A DNA stretch of 64,000 nucleotides from Polyangiales bacterium (lineage in GTDB: Bacteria > Myxococcota_A > Polyangia > Polyangiales > CBDCBC01): the NCBI GenBank assembly GCA_044224525.1, contig JBGAKI010000004.1, positions 20,820 to 84,819 on the forward strand, read 5' to 3'. A model generated the notes under the pieces. The model saw nothing but the letters and a program-made list of their open reading frames with translations, had not been told where the DNA came from and searched no databases. A program made the position numbers and the translations under genes. Positions 48,781-59,000 of this stretch are shown in pieces. Position 1 is the stretch's first letter; each line of letters opens with the position of its first letter.

Positions 48781-49383
48781 ATGCCAAGAAGTGCGCGTAT
48801 CGTCGTACCACATCTGCCACATCACGTGATTCAAAGAGGCAATCGCCGTCAGACCACATTTTTTGGCCCCGATGATTACCGCGACTATCTGCGCCAGCTC
48901 GATCGATTCGCCCGCCGATACGACACCAAGATCTGGGCGTATTGTTTGATGCCCAACCACGTGCATCTGATTGTCGTGCCCTCAACGGTTGAGGGTCTTT
49001 CTAAAACAGTGGGCACGGCGCACTGGCACTATTCGAATCACATCAATCGGCGCGAACACTGGAGCGGCATGCTTTGGCAGGGGCGTTTTGGGTCGTTTCC
49101 CATGCACACCCGCTATCTTGTGGCAGCAACGCGCTATGTGCTGCTCAACCCTGTGCGCAGTGGCTTGGTGCGCGACCCGGCGGACTGGCCTTACTCGAGC
49201 TTGGGGGCACTGTTGGATGGTGCGCCCAATCCATACGTCGATTGTTCGGTGCTACACGAACTTGTCTCGGACTGGTCGGCGCTCGTCTATCAACCGCTCG
49301 ATGAGATGCTGCAGATGACCTTCAAAAAACACCAAGAAACGAACCTGCCACTGGGGTTGCCGAAGGGTGGACGCGCACTCTGA
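48781..49383 (+). mobile_element. REP-associated tyrosine transposase (RAYT/TnpA-REP, HuH Y1 superfamily)
   Basis: MPR..R, HHVIQRGN, YCLMPNHVHL (HuH), LWQGRF, RYVLLNPVRSGL (catalytic Tyr), WPYSS; flanked by palindromes. Confidence 0.93.
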
Positions 49384-49385
49384 CT

Positions 49386-49525
49386 GGTGACGCACTAAGG
49401 TGCATGTCACCAAAGGGTGCAAACCGTGAACGCCTCCTAAACGGTGACACGCACTAAAGTGCATGTCACCAAGGGTGCAAACGGTGACATGCACTTTAGT
49501 GCGTGTCACCAATGTGTGTGTCACC
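49386..49525. repeat. REP cluster downstream of the RAYT gene
   Basis: Degenerate copy 49386-49411, exact copy 49443-49470, reverse copy 49483-49510, extra half-site GTGTCACC ending 49525; linker AAGGGTGCAAAC occurs twice. Confidence 0.93.
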
Positions 49526-50711
49526 GCAACGTGAGGCGTAGCCAGTCGCGTTTGCCTGCCTTGATGACGAAAGGTTCGGGACGTGGGGTCAATTTAAGTG
49601 TGATGTCGCTGATTTTGGTGCCATCGATGCCGACGGCGCCCGCTTGAATGCGGCGGCGCGCTTCAGCGCGACTGGGCAAGAGATGCTCGCCGAGAATATT
49701 CACTAAAAGCGCCTCCCCTTCGAGGGTGATCTCTTTCATTTCGTCGGGGATTTCTTTTTTTGAGAACTGGTTGAGCCACGCTTCGCGCGCCTGCTTTGCG
49801 GCGCTTTCGTCGTGGAAGCGCGCTACGATTTCTTGCGCCAAGTCGAGTTTGGCATCGCGCGGGTTGGGCTGTGCCTTGGCTTCGCTCACGTCACGACGTG
49901 ATAAGAGCTCGTAATAACGCCACATCAGATCGTCCGAGATGCTCATTAGCTTGCCGAACTGCTCGCCGGGTGGCTCGTTGACGCCGACGTAGTTGTCGAG
50001 CGATTTGCTCATCTTGTCGCCAACCAGTTTACCGTTTTCAATGCGTGCGCTTAGGCCCTCAAGGATCGGCGTGGTCATTACAATTTGCGGCTTGAGACCC
50101 ATGTCACGCATCAGCTCGCGACCCATCAATAAGTTAAAAAGCTGATCGGTGCCGCCAAGCTCTACGTCGGGCTTGAGCACAACAGAATCGTAGGCCTGCA
50201 TGATCGGGTACCACAGTTCATGTAGCGCAATTGGCTGTTCGCCGCGCCAACGTTGCTTGAAGTCGTCGCGCTCGAGCATGCGTGCAAGCGTGAACCTACT
50301 CGCCAGACGAATGATGTCGTCGAGGTTAAGCTTAGCGAGCCACTCGCTGTTGTAACGCACCTCGGTGAGCTTAGGGTCTAAGATTTTCATGGCCTGCGCA
50401 TGATAGGTCTTGGCGGCTTCGACGATTTCTTGCTCGCTTAGCGCTGGGCGCGTGGCGTTGCGACCCGTCGGATCTCCGATGCGTGCCGTCATATCGCCCA
50501 CGACAAACACCACCCTGTGACCCTGGGCTTGAAAGTCACGCATCTTTTGCATCAAGACCGTGTGGCCGATATGCAAATCCGGACGCGTTGGGTCAAAGCC
50601 CGCCTTTATAAGCAGAGGCTTGCCGGCGTTCAGTAACTTAGTGAGCTCAGCCTCAACGTGAAAATCAACGGTGCCGCGCTTGAGCCGAGCGAGTGAATCA
50701 TCGCTCATCAT
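49521..50711 (-). CDS. tyrS: Tyrosine--tRNA ligase
   Basis: GFDPTRPDLHIGH, IGDPTGR, QAYD, GGTDQ, KMSKS, C-terminal S4 domain. Confidence 0.97.
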   Translation of the reverse strand: MMSDDSLARLKRGTVDFHVEAELTKLLNAGKPLLIKAGFDPTRPDLHIGHTVLMQKMRDFQAQGHRVVFVVGDMTARIGDPTGRNATRPALSEQEIVEAAKTYHAQAMKILDPKLTEVRYNSEWLAKLNLDDIIRLASRFTLARMLERDDFKQRWRGEQPIALHELWYPIMQAYDSVVLKPDVELGGTDQLFNLLMGRELMRDMGLKPQIVMTTPILEGLSARIENGKLVGDKMSKSLDNYVGVNEPPGEQFGKLMSISDDLMWRYYELLSRRDVSEAKAQPNPRDAKLDLAQEIVARFHDESAAKQAREAWLNQFSKKEIPDEMKEITLEGEALLVNILGEHLLPSRAEARRRIQAGAVGIDGTKISDITLKLTPRPEPFVIKAGKRDWLRLTLR

Positions 50712-50728
50712 GACCGCTCATTGTTAGG

Positions 50729-51025
50729 CTAACCCTCGGCTGGCAGGGTGCCACCATTGACCAGCTCTTTGAGCTCTTTGCCGCAGCGAAAGAAAGGTAG
50801 GCGTTTTTCTGAGACCCACACCGAGGTGCCAGCGCGCGGGTTACGCGCGGTGTAGGCTTTGTATTCACGTACACTAAAGCTCGCAAAACCACGAATCTCG
50901 ATGCCCTCGCCGCGCTCGAGCGCCGCGGTCATGGCGTCAAAAATCGTGTCGACCACGAGTTTTGCGCGGCCTTTGGACATGTTCATCTGCTCACAAATGG
51001 TATCGATGAGCTCTGATTTGGTCAT
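50729..51025 (-). CDS. ihfB: HU/IHF family DNA-binding protein (IHF-beta-like)
   Basis: MTKSELI, IEIRGFASF, ARNPRAG, PFFRCGKELKE; the exact HU/IHF subfamily is uncertain. Confidence 0.85.
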   Translation of the reverse strand: MTKSELIDTICEQMNMSKGRAKLVVDTIFDAMTAALERGEGIEIRGFASFSVREYKAYTARNPRAGTSVWVSEKRLPFFRCGKELKELVNGGTLPAEG

Positions 51026-51172
51026 ATCGGTTCACCCTGATTTACCTAACGTATACCACAACTTACTTAGAAACGTGCGCCGCGACGTGCCCCAACCGTC
51101 ACAGCCTTAATCGTTAGTGCATACATCGCCTATGCGATTTGTCAAACGCCAAAAAGGGGGTATGCTGTGCGC

Positions 51173-53524
51173 ATGGAACCTACAGGTATTACCACAGCTC
51201 AGACTGCCAATGATAGTGTTAATAACGCAAACCCCGAAGAGCGAGAGTTTCGACGTAGCGTTCGCCCTGGTTATACACCGCAATCTAAAGCCGCGATCGC
51301 GTTAGGCGTGCTCGCGCTTGTGGCGATCGCGGGTTATTTCGTGAGTCGCCGGCAAAGTTATGCCCATCGGATGGATTTGGTCGACCAAGCGGGCAACATG
51401 CAAGATGTGCCAAGCTTGCTTGCCAAGTTGCGTGAAGCTTATGGCAAAACAAGTTATGTTGATGTGAAGGAGCGCATTCTGCTCAACCTCGGGCATTATC
51501 GCGATGCCGAGTCGATGCCTATTTATATCGACGCGCTTAAGAAGAAAGGTCGAGTCAGGCGCGCCGCTGCGATGGCGATTATTCAAATCGGTTTGCCGGC
51601 AGCAGAGCCCGCGCGTGCGGCCCTGGTTGAAGCGCTGCCAAAGACCTCGGCCGTCGACCGCGCGCCAGTGGTGTGGGCGCTGACGTTGTTGCGCGAACCG
51701 CAAGCCGCAGACGCGATCATTAAAGAGTTTGAGCGCGGTACCTTGCAATATCAAGAGGGCTTTTCTCCACGCATTATCAGCGACGCGCTTGGTACGGGAA
51801 ACCTTACCTCAGCGCGACTACTCGAGAGCCCCAATGCGGCGGTGCGTGAACTGGCTGCCCAAGCGCTGGGAACCGCGAGTGGCTCGGCCGGTGCCGAGCG
51901 CAGCGCAGCATTGCTTAAGCTGTTTGATAGCGAGCTGGCTCGCCCTGCTGGATCGGGTGCTGGGGCGCGCAGCGAAGCGGTGCTCGCTTATGCCGCGGCG
52001 GGTGTGGCGCGCGTGGCGGACGAAACAGGGTGCGCCAAACTTGCCAAAGCACTTGAAGCCAATCGCGACTTAAGCTCGCGCGTGCTTAAAACGATTGAAA
52101 GCGAGGCCGACGCACGTGGCCTCGGTTTGATGCTCAAAGCAGCTTCACGGCCAGAGTTACGTTATGCACTTGCCGCGCGCCTTGCGGGTTCTCACGACCC
52201 ATTGGCTGCTGAGCCCCTCGCAGCCCTTTTGAGCGATGCCGATCCGAAGTTGCGTTGGATTGCGGCAAAAGGTTTGTCTGAACTGGGTGATGCACGCGCT
52301 CAGGTTGAACTGATTGCCGTGGCTAAAGGCAGCGACACCGGCAAGGCACGCGAAGCGCTGACCGATTTGCGTGATGTCGCCACCAGCGGCCTTACCAAGA
52401 ACCTTGCGGCGCTACTTAAAGAGCAACCCTCGCGACGCGCCGATATTTTGCGGGCACTTGGCAAAACGGGTGATCGCAATGCAGCGAATATCATTCGTAA
52501 AGAACTTAAGAGCGATGATGTGCGTTCCGCCGCTTTTGCGCTCGCGGATTTGAAGGATGCCAGCATCTTGGCATGGGCAAAACAAACCATGTCACGGCCT
52601 GCTGGTGTGGATTTTAAGAACCTGAGCGCGGCCAACGAAGACGCCTATCGCGATCGCATGATCGCGCTTGAGGTCGTGCAAAAGCTGGGGCTCGCGTCGC
52701 TTGCGCCCGGTTTGATGCGCATCATCGAAGACGAAGCCGATGATATGCGTTTACGCGAAGCGGCGGCCGATGCGCTGGGGCGTGTGGGCGATCAAGCGCT
52801 TTTTGTTGCAAGCGTTGCTAAGGTAGGAAATACGCAGCTGACACCCACCGCACGGGGACTGTTTGCGCGCAGCATCAGCTGGTTTAATCCGGGCATTCTT
52901 GCGGCCGAGGTCAACCAGCTGACAGCGCTGTTTAAGAAGGGCGAACCCAACACGGTGCTGCGTTCGCTGGGTGTCGCAATTGGGTATGCGGGCACACCTG
53001 AAGTGCAAGCTAAATACGAAAGCTGGCTCGACGACGAAGCGCTGCGCACACCAACGTCCCTTGCTGTTATTTTGAGCGGCACCGAGGCATCGCTGAAAAA
53101 ACTACGCAGTCTGCTTGTCAACGATTCTGCGCTTCGACTTGAATTTCAAGAAGCGTTTGCCAAGGACCGCAGTTGGTATGAGCGCCTGGACGAAACATCG
53201 CTTGACGGTGGGGCGCGTGCGGTGTTTGCGCGGGTGCGTGCAGCGGAAGCGATTTCCAAAGGCGATAGCGAAGGGGCCTATAGCCAAGTGTGGACCACCC
53301 TTTCGTCGCTTTTGGCTCGCGGCTGTGAATCGCTCTACTGCCCTACGCCCTTTCAGATCCGCAAGTTCTTGGTGACGACGCTCAACGGGGAAAACGCACA
53401 ACACCGGGCGCTGGCAGCTCAAGCGCTTTTGCATATGAATGAGCGAGGGTTGTTGCTTGCAACACGCAATCGCAACGACCGTGGTGTGGCAGAGGCCGAA
53501 CAAGCGCTCGCTACGGGAACCTAG
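51173..53524 (+). CDS. Membrane-anchored HEAT-repeat protein
   Basis: Single N-terminal TM (AAIALGVLALVAIAGYFV) followed by many HEAT-like repeats. Confidence 0.8.
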   Translation: MEPTGITTAQTANDSVNNANPEEREFRRSVRPGYTPQSKAAIALGVLALVAIAGYFVSRRQSYAHRMDLVDQAGNMQDVPSLLAKLREAYGKTSYVDVKERILLNLGHYRDAESMPIYIDALKKKGRVRRAAAMAIIQIGLPAAEPARAALVEALPKTSAVDRAPVVWALTLLREPQAADAIIKEFERGTLQYQEGFSPRIISDALGTGNLTSARLLESPNAAVRELAAQALGTASGSAGAERSAALLKLFDSELARPAGSGAGARSEAVLAYAAAGVARVADETGCAKLAKALEANRDLSSRVLKTIESEADARGLGLMLKAASRPELRYALAARLAGSHDPLAAEPLAALLSDADPKLRWIAAKGLSELGDARAQVELIAVAKGSDTGKAREALTDLRDVATSGLTKNLAALLKEQPSRRADILRALGKTGDRNAANIIRKELKSDDVRSAAFALADLKDASILAWAKQTMSRPAGVDFKNLSAANEDAYRDRMIALEVVQKLGLASLAPGLMRIIEDEADDMRLREAAADALGRVGDQALFVASVAKVGNTQLTPTARGLFARSISWFNPGILAAEVNQLTALFKKGEPNTVLRSLGVAIGYAGTPEVQAKYESWLDDEALRTPTSLAVILSGTEASLKKLRSLLVNDSALRLEFQEAFAKDRSWYERLDETSLDGGARAVFARVRAAEAISKGDSEGAYSQVWTTLSSLLARGCESLYCPTPFQIRKFLVTTLNGENAQHRALAAQALLHMNERGLLLATRNRNDRGVAEAEQALATGT

Positions 53525-53528
53525 AGCC

Positions 53529-54923
53529 TCAGGCCTTAAGCGCAGCGTCGATCATCGCTTGATGTTGCGACGGGTCTGCCCAGCGCTTCTGACCTTCTTC
53601 GGGCAGAAGTTGGACCGGGTCAAAATAAAGAAACTTTTGCCCGGGTTTCACCGAGGGCGCTGTGTAAACCGAAATCCCTGTCGTGCGATCATAACTTTCA
53701 AACGAGTGCACGTTGCGCTTGCCGCCGCCGCCTGGCGCATCGACCACAATCAGAGGTGTATTGAAGCCCGCGGTCATGCCGCGTAGGCCCTTTTCAAGAT
53801 CGATGGCCTGTTGAACGGTGGTGCGCAAAATCTCAACGCCCTTCACCAAATCGTGCACGTAGACATAATAAGGCTGCACGTTGAGGTAACTCAAGTCACG
53901 CACAAGCTGCGCCATGACGGGCAGGCTGTCGTTAACACCACGCTGCAAGACGCATTGGTTACGCACACGAATCCCGTGCTCAAAAAGCTTATTCATGGCG
54001 CGCTCGGTGATATCCGTAATTTCGTTTGGGTGATTGAAGTGTGTATGGACGACCACTTCTTTATGAAGTTTGCGCCCTTGTTCGACGACGCTGTTTAATG
54101 CATCAAACCATGCGTTGTCGGTCAGCAGCTTTTGGGGCATCACCGCGGGGCCTTTGGTGGCAAAGCGCATGCGACGCACATGTGGGATCGCAAGCAGCGT
54201 TTCACCAATCAGCTTGATTTGATCGGCACGCAACTGATAGGCATCGCCACCGCTTATCACAATGTCTTCAAGAGTGGGTGTGTTGCGAATGTAGTTAAAA
54301 ACTTGCTCCCAACGTTCGTTGTTAACCTTGAGGCTTACTTTCTCGACGATTTCGCTATCAGGGCCCACGGCATACGAGCGCGTGCAAAAGCGGCAATAGA
54401 CTGGACAGGTGTCGAGCGCTAAAAACAAGGCTTTGTCTTGGTAGCGGTGGGTTAACCCAGCGACTTTGGCATCGGCCTGTTCACCCAGTGAATCGAAACG
54501 CAAGAAGGGATGATCGGGCAAACGCTCAGAGTTGAGCGGCACAAACTGTAAACGCAGTGGATCGGTGTAGGCATGTTGCCAATCGATCAAACTAATGAGG
54601 TAAGGCGAAAGCCTAAGTGCCATGGGGGCCGCTTTGAAGCCCGCAGCAGCGTCTTCAAGAAAACGTGTTTCGACGATGGGCTTAATGATCTCAAAGAGTT
54701 TCTCGGGTTTGGTCACCGAGTGTTTGGCTTGCCACATGTGATCTAAAAACTGCGCCTCGCTGACCTCTTGGAACGCCGGAATGGTTTGCCAGAAGGCACC
54801 CCCACGAAAGCGCGATGCGGCGCGTACGCGCGTTTGATCGTTGGCTTGCTGCGCGCCTGAGTCTGCTTCATGCTCGACAGCGTTTTCACCTGGTGGAGGA
54901 AATAGCGAAAGTACGGCACCCAT
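53529..54923 (-). CDS. kamA: KamA-family radical SAM enzyme (lysine 2,3-aminomutase-like)
   Basis: LTHRY, CPVYCRFC, ISGGD, HFNHPNE, NQCVLQRGVND, PYY, DAPGGGGK (PLP-binding Lys). Confidence 0.9.
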   Translation of the reverse strand: MGAVLSLFPPPGENAVEHEADSGAQQANDQTRVRAASRFRGGAFWQTIPAFQEVSEAQFLDHMWQAKHSVTKPEKLFEIIKPIVETRFLEDAAAGFKAAPMALRLSPYLISLIDWQHAYTDPLRLQFVPLNSERLPDHPFLRFDSLGEQADAKVAGLTHRYQDKALFLALDTCPVYCRFCTRSYAVGPDSEIVEKVSLKVNNERWEQVFNYIRNTPTLEDIVISGGDAYQLRADQIKLIGETLLAIPHVRRMRFATKGPAVMPQKLLTDNAWFDALNSVVEQGRKLHKEVVVHTHFNHPNEITDITERAMNKLFEHGIRVRNQCVLQRGVNDSLPVMAQLVRDLSYLNVQPYYVYVHDLVKGVEILRTTVQQAIDLEKGLRGMTAGFNTPLIVVDAPGGGGKRNVHSFESYDRTTGISVYTAPSVKPGQKFLYFDPVQLLPEEGQKRWADPSQHQAMIDAALKA

Positions 54924-54984
54924 GCATTAATAGTACCACAGCTTTCCCCTGTTTATATAAATTTACAGTATCAAACACTTGCCT

Positions 54985-56022
54985 ATGTCGACAACCTCAT
55001 CTCCAATGGAAAATAAGCTCATTTTTGTGATCTCGCCGCCACGTTCCGGTTCAACCTTGCTACAGCGATTGTTGGGCTCGCATACCGAGATCATGACGCA
55101 CCCTGAACCGCACCTGATCACACCAATGGCCTATTTGGGTTACTACGACCGCGTCGAAAAAGCGCCCTATGATCATATCAATGCTGCAGAGGCGCTGAAA
55201 ACCTTCGTGAGCCATCTGCCTCAACAAGAAGAAGATTATCTAGACGCCTTACGTGCCTATAGCGACACGATGTACGCGCGTTTGCTCGACACAAAAGGTA
55301 AGCGCTATTTTCTTGATAAGACGCCCGCCTATGCGTTGGTCGCGCCTTTTTTAACCAAGCTTTATCCAGGGGCCCATTATATCGTGTTGACGCGACATCC
55401 GCTCGCCATCTTTTCATCGTATGCCAACAGTTTTTTTGAAGGCGATTGGCAGGCCGCTTATCACTTCAACCCGATTGTTGAAAAGTATGTGCGCGCCATC
55501 GCACAACTGCTGCGCGATCAACCTCAGCATTTACATCATGTGCGCTATGAATCGTTGGTTGAAGAGCCTGAAAAGCACGTCAGCCAGATGTTTGCATTCT
55601 TGGGACTCGACCAGCAACTGAATGCTGTTAATTATGGTGCAAACTTTCAGTCGGAAACCAAAGGAATGGGGGATCCGACCGGCGTGCATAAGCATCAGCG
55701 ACCGGTGACCGATTCCGTGGAAGCGTGGGTCAGTGAAGTGGCTGGTGACGAGACACGAAGACGACTTGCCGAGCGGATGCTGCAAGGTGTCGATCCTGTT
55801 GATTTGCAGATGTGGGGCTACACGTATGACAGCGCCATGGCACCGATCCATTACCATGCGGGCGCGGCCCTGTCGGTCAGGCCACGCACGCCACTTAACT
55901 GGTACACCTTCCAACGCAAAGTACTGATGGGATTACGAAAGAATGTTCACAACCGACCTCATGGAAAACTTCTCAAGAAGGTCAAGTATTACTGTGATGT
56001 GATTTTACGCGACACCCATTGA
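54985..56022 (+). CDS. Sulfotransferase
   Basis: PPRSGSTLL (5'-PAPS loop), [13 protein letters not shown] (3'-PAPS), RYESLV; start is 54985 or 55006. Confidence 0.9.
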   Translation: MSTTSSPMENKLIFVISPPRSGSTLLQRLLGSHTEIMTHPEPHLITPMAYLGYYDRVEKAPYDHINAAEALKTFVSHLPQQEEDYLDALRAYSDTMYARLLDTKGKRYFLDKTPAYALVAPFLTKLYPGAHYIVLTRHPLAIFSSYANSFFEGDWQAAYHFNPIVEKYVRAIAQLLRDQPQHLHHVRYESLVEEPEKHVSQMFAFLGLDQQLNAVNYGANFQSETKGMGDPTGVHKHQRPVTDSVEAWVSEVAGDETRRRLAERMLQGVDPVDLQMWGYTYDSAMAPIHYHAGAALSVRPRTPLNWYTFQRKVLMGLRKNVHNRPHGKLLKKVKYYCDVILRDTH

Positions 56023-59000
56023 CGGCGACGGCGTAGCGCAAACAATGTGAGTAGGCCCATCATGGCGAGCGCTTGGGCTAAGTGCTCGCTCATCGAGTAA
56101 TCGTGCACCGCGCATCCGCCACCAGTGATGCCACCGCTGTTCTCGTCTGTTCCCGCAGCGATGCCATTGCCTTCAGGGAGCATAAGTGCCGGATCGCCTA
56201 GCAAAACATAGGTCTGCATCATGCTGCGCGAGAATGCTGCGTCCGACGCCGACTGATGGATGCTGAGCAAAACATCACCCAGACGCTGCGCGCCCTCAGA
56301 CTTCATGGCGGAGCTAGCGCGTGTGGCGAACTCTGCTGAAAGCCGAGCTGCCGGATAGGCATAACTCAATCCCGTGTCAGACCATAGCGCCACCGCAAGC
56401 GAACCCAGCACGGCTTCGCCGACCGAGCGAACACCGGGGATTTCAAAACGACCCGCAGAACACGTCATGGCCGTCCAGATGCCGGGCCTGCTTGGCGAAG
56501 CAAGCGATGTAATGTCCTCGCTACGGACCACACCCGTGTCGTCAAACTGGGTGACACCGGCATGGCCAATATAGTTGAACCAGAACACACCTGCATTGAG
56601 CGCCTTGCTTATTTCATCTCTGGCTGATGCGGTGCTCATTGTGTCGACGTCCACCGTGAGGAACAACTTCTTGTTCTCCAGACTGTTGTTCAGCAGTTCT
56701 GACAGCTTGCTAAAATCATCGTTGCGTTTTGTACCAACCAAAGAAAGTGCATCGTAAGCGTACTTCTTGCCGAGATTCTTCTCGAACTCTACCATGCGGT
56801 CGATCATCGCACCTGCGTCGTTGATGTTTGTGGCGGGCAAGCGACCGATGGCAAAGTCGGGTACGGTGTCATCGCCTACTACGTCGGCAAACCACACGTC
56901 AGACGCACTCAACCCGCCCTCGCCGAGAACCAACTTCGGCGGCACAAGACCGGGTCCTTCGGCCGTGACGCCTTTGTAGTCAAAACTTCCGTTACCAAGA
57001 AGCACCGCATACTTTAGGTGCGCGCCGCCTTGCTCGTAAACGTAGCGCAAGAAGTCACGAATCGCGTATGGTGTTGGATAGCTGTACGAGTAAGCATCGT
57101 ATATATCTTGCAGTGACACGACGGCCGTCTTCAGACCTTGACCCTTACGATACATGCCAAGTCTTTGTGAGGCAGCATCGACGGCGCTCGGTGCAATCAC
57201 AACGTATTCAGCACTCAAACCGCTGCTGCGTAGTCCGCGCTCGTAGATAGGCGCCATGGTGACCACTGCACTCATGTCGGTAAGCGCGCTAAGCGCATAG
57301 TGATGACCGGCTTGAGTGGGGATTGTCAGCGTCATCGAACCTGCCGATGCAACTGCATCGGGCATCGGCACAACACCGCCAAGGTCGATGTCGTATGCCA
57401 GATAGCGTGTGGTGGGCATCAAAACCTGCGTTGCGCCATCGACCAAGGCCTCGAACTCAAGCGCCTTGCCGTCACTCTTTAGCGAGCGCACGGCGGTAAA
57501 TGTAAACCGATCAATATAGACACCCACGGTCCCGGGCAGCGCTTGGCTTGACGCCTTGAGCGCGAGGGTGTTCTTGCCAGCCTTCAACACACCCATTTGA
57601 AGCGGTAGTGTAAAGCGAAGGTTGCCCATGGCTTTGACCTGGATCGCACCCACGGGTGATCCGTTGATCGCTACGTCGATTTGTTGGACGCTGGTTTCTG
57701 AAAGCCCCCACGCACCGCTCAGCGCAATTTCAATGTCCCCGTTTCCAGACATGGCCATCGCGCCCATATCAAACTCTGTGCTGAAGGTTTCGTAACGATC
57801 CGAACCTGCGGAGAGCGGCGCCCAATACCAGTTGTCTTGTTCAGCGTTGGTCGCTGCTGCAGCTGCGAATAGCGCGTCTTGCTCGATGACCTGTGTCACG
57901 ACGCCCTTGTCGACGGTCTCTGAACCGTTGGGCTTGTTTGTCAATGCACCCATTGGTTTGGCGCTGGCAAAACGAAGCTGGTAGACGTTTCGACCACTGT
58001 AAGTCGCGCTTGGCGCGGCCGCGTAAAACACCAGTTGTGTTGCACCTTTGTCAAAATAACAAGGCACTGGATTGCCGCGCTCGCTGAGGGCAAGCGAACC
58101 ATTTTGCGCACGATAAACAAGCTCATCAACGGGCAATCCGGCGTGTAGGCTCAACTCACCAAGGCTGATGCGATGCAACCCTTGTTCGCTGGTTTCAATG
58201 CGGAAGCCTTTGGGTGCGGTCGACACATGCGCCGGATGAATGGGCAACGTTAGGCTTGCCGTATGAAGTGCCGGCACTGTCGCTGCGCCAGGTGTTTTTG
58301 TTTTGCTTGGCGCTAAACTTGGCTTGACCAACGAACTACCGACCGAGGTGCGTGCCACTGCCGAAGTCAGCTTGCTTTGTACAAGTCCAGAGTCAGCGAC
58401 CGCCCCTGTCAACGAGGCTGAACGCAGCACGTTGTTATAAGACGATGCGGTGCGCGCAAGGCTCGATACGCTGTTGGTCAGTGCCGCTTGCCAACCGACT
58501 GCGGGTTGAAGATCAAGGCGCGTGCCAATCTGCGAGAGGGTGTAAACCTGCTCCTCGCGTACGATCATGCGCAGGCCATTGCGGTCGAGCTCTTCGATGC
58601 GATAGCGCGTCGGTTCAAGATCCGTGGCGCTTGGGTCGATCACTCGATACGTGCCACCCCCCATCGACTCGTGAAGCGAAACAATTAACCCGTTGTGCAT
58701 GGGTACCCAGCGGTGGGTGTTGTTTTCAAAACGCGACACATAGAACCCAAGCGTGCCGGTTTCAGACGCCGTCGTCCACTCGAGCACGGTGTCCTCACCT
58801 GCGCGCACACGGCGTAGCGTTGAGATGCTAGCGTGCGACACGGTGCTACAGTTACTTGGGTTGGCCACGGTGCAGCGGCGGCCTGCTTCTGCGTTACAAG
58901 CCGAGCTACAACCATCGCCGTTGACGGTATTGCCATCATCGCAGTTTTCATTGAGCGCAAGCACACCGTTGCCGCACACAGCAGGACCCTCGCAGATATA

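Noticed and set aside
48595-48966. 123-aa minus-strand ORF (also 49252-49524 and 49444-49647) containing VTRTKVHVT
   Set aside because: These run antisense to the RAYT gene or tyrS, and the repeated peptide is simply the translated REP.
46298-49525. 28-bp palindromic repeats as a CRISPR array
   Set aside because: Copies alternate in orientation, spacers within doublets are only 10-12 bp and one linker is reused, there are no cas genes, and a RAYT gene sits among them.
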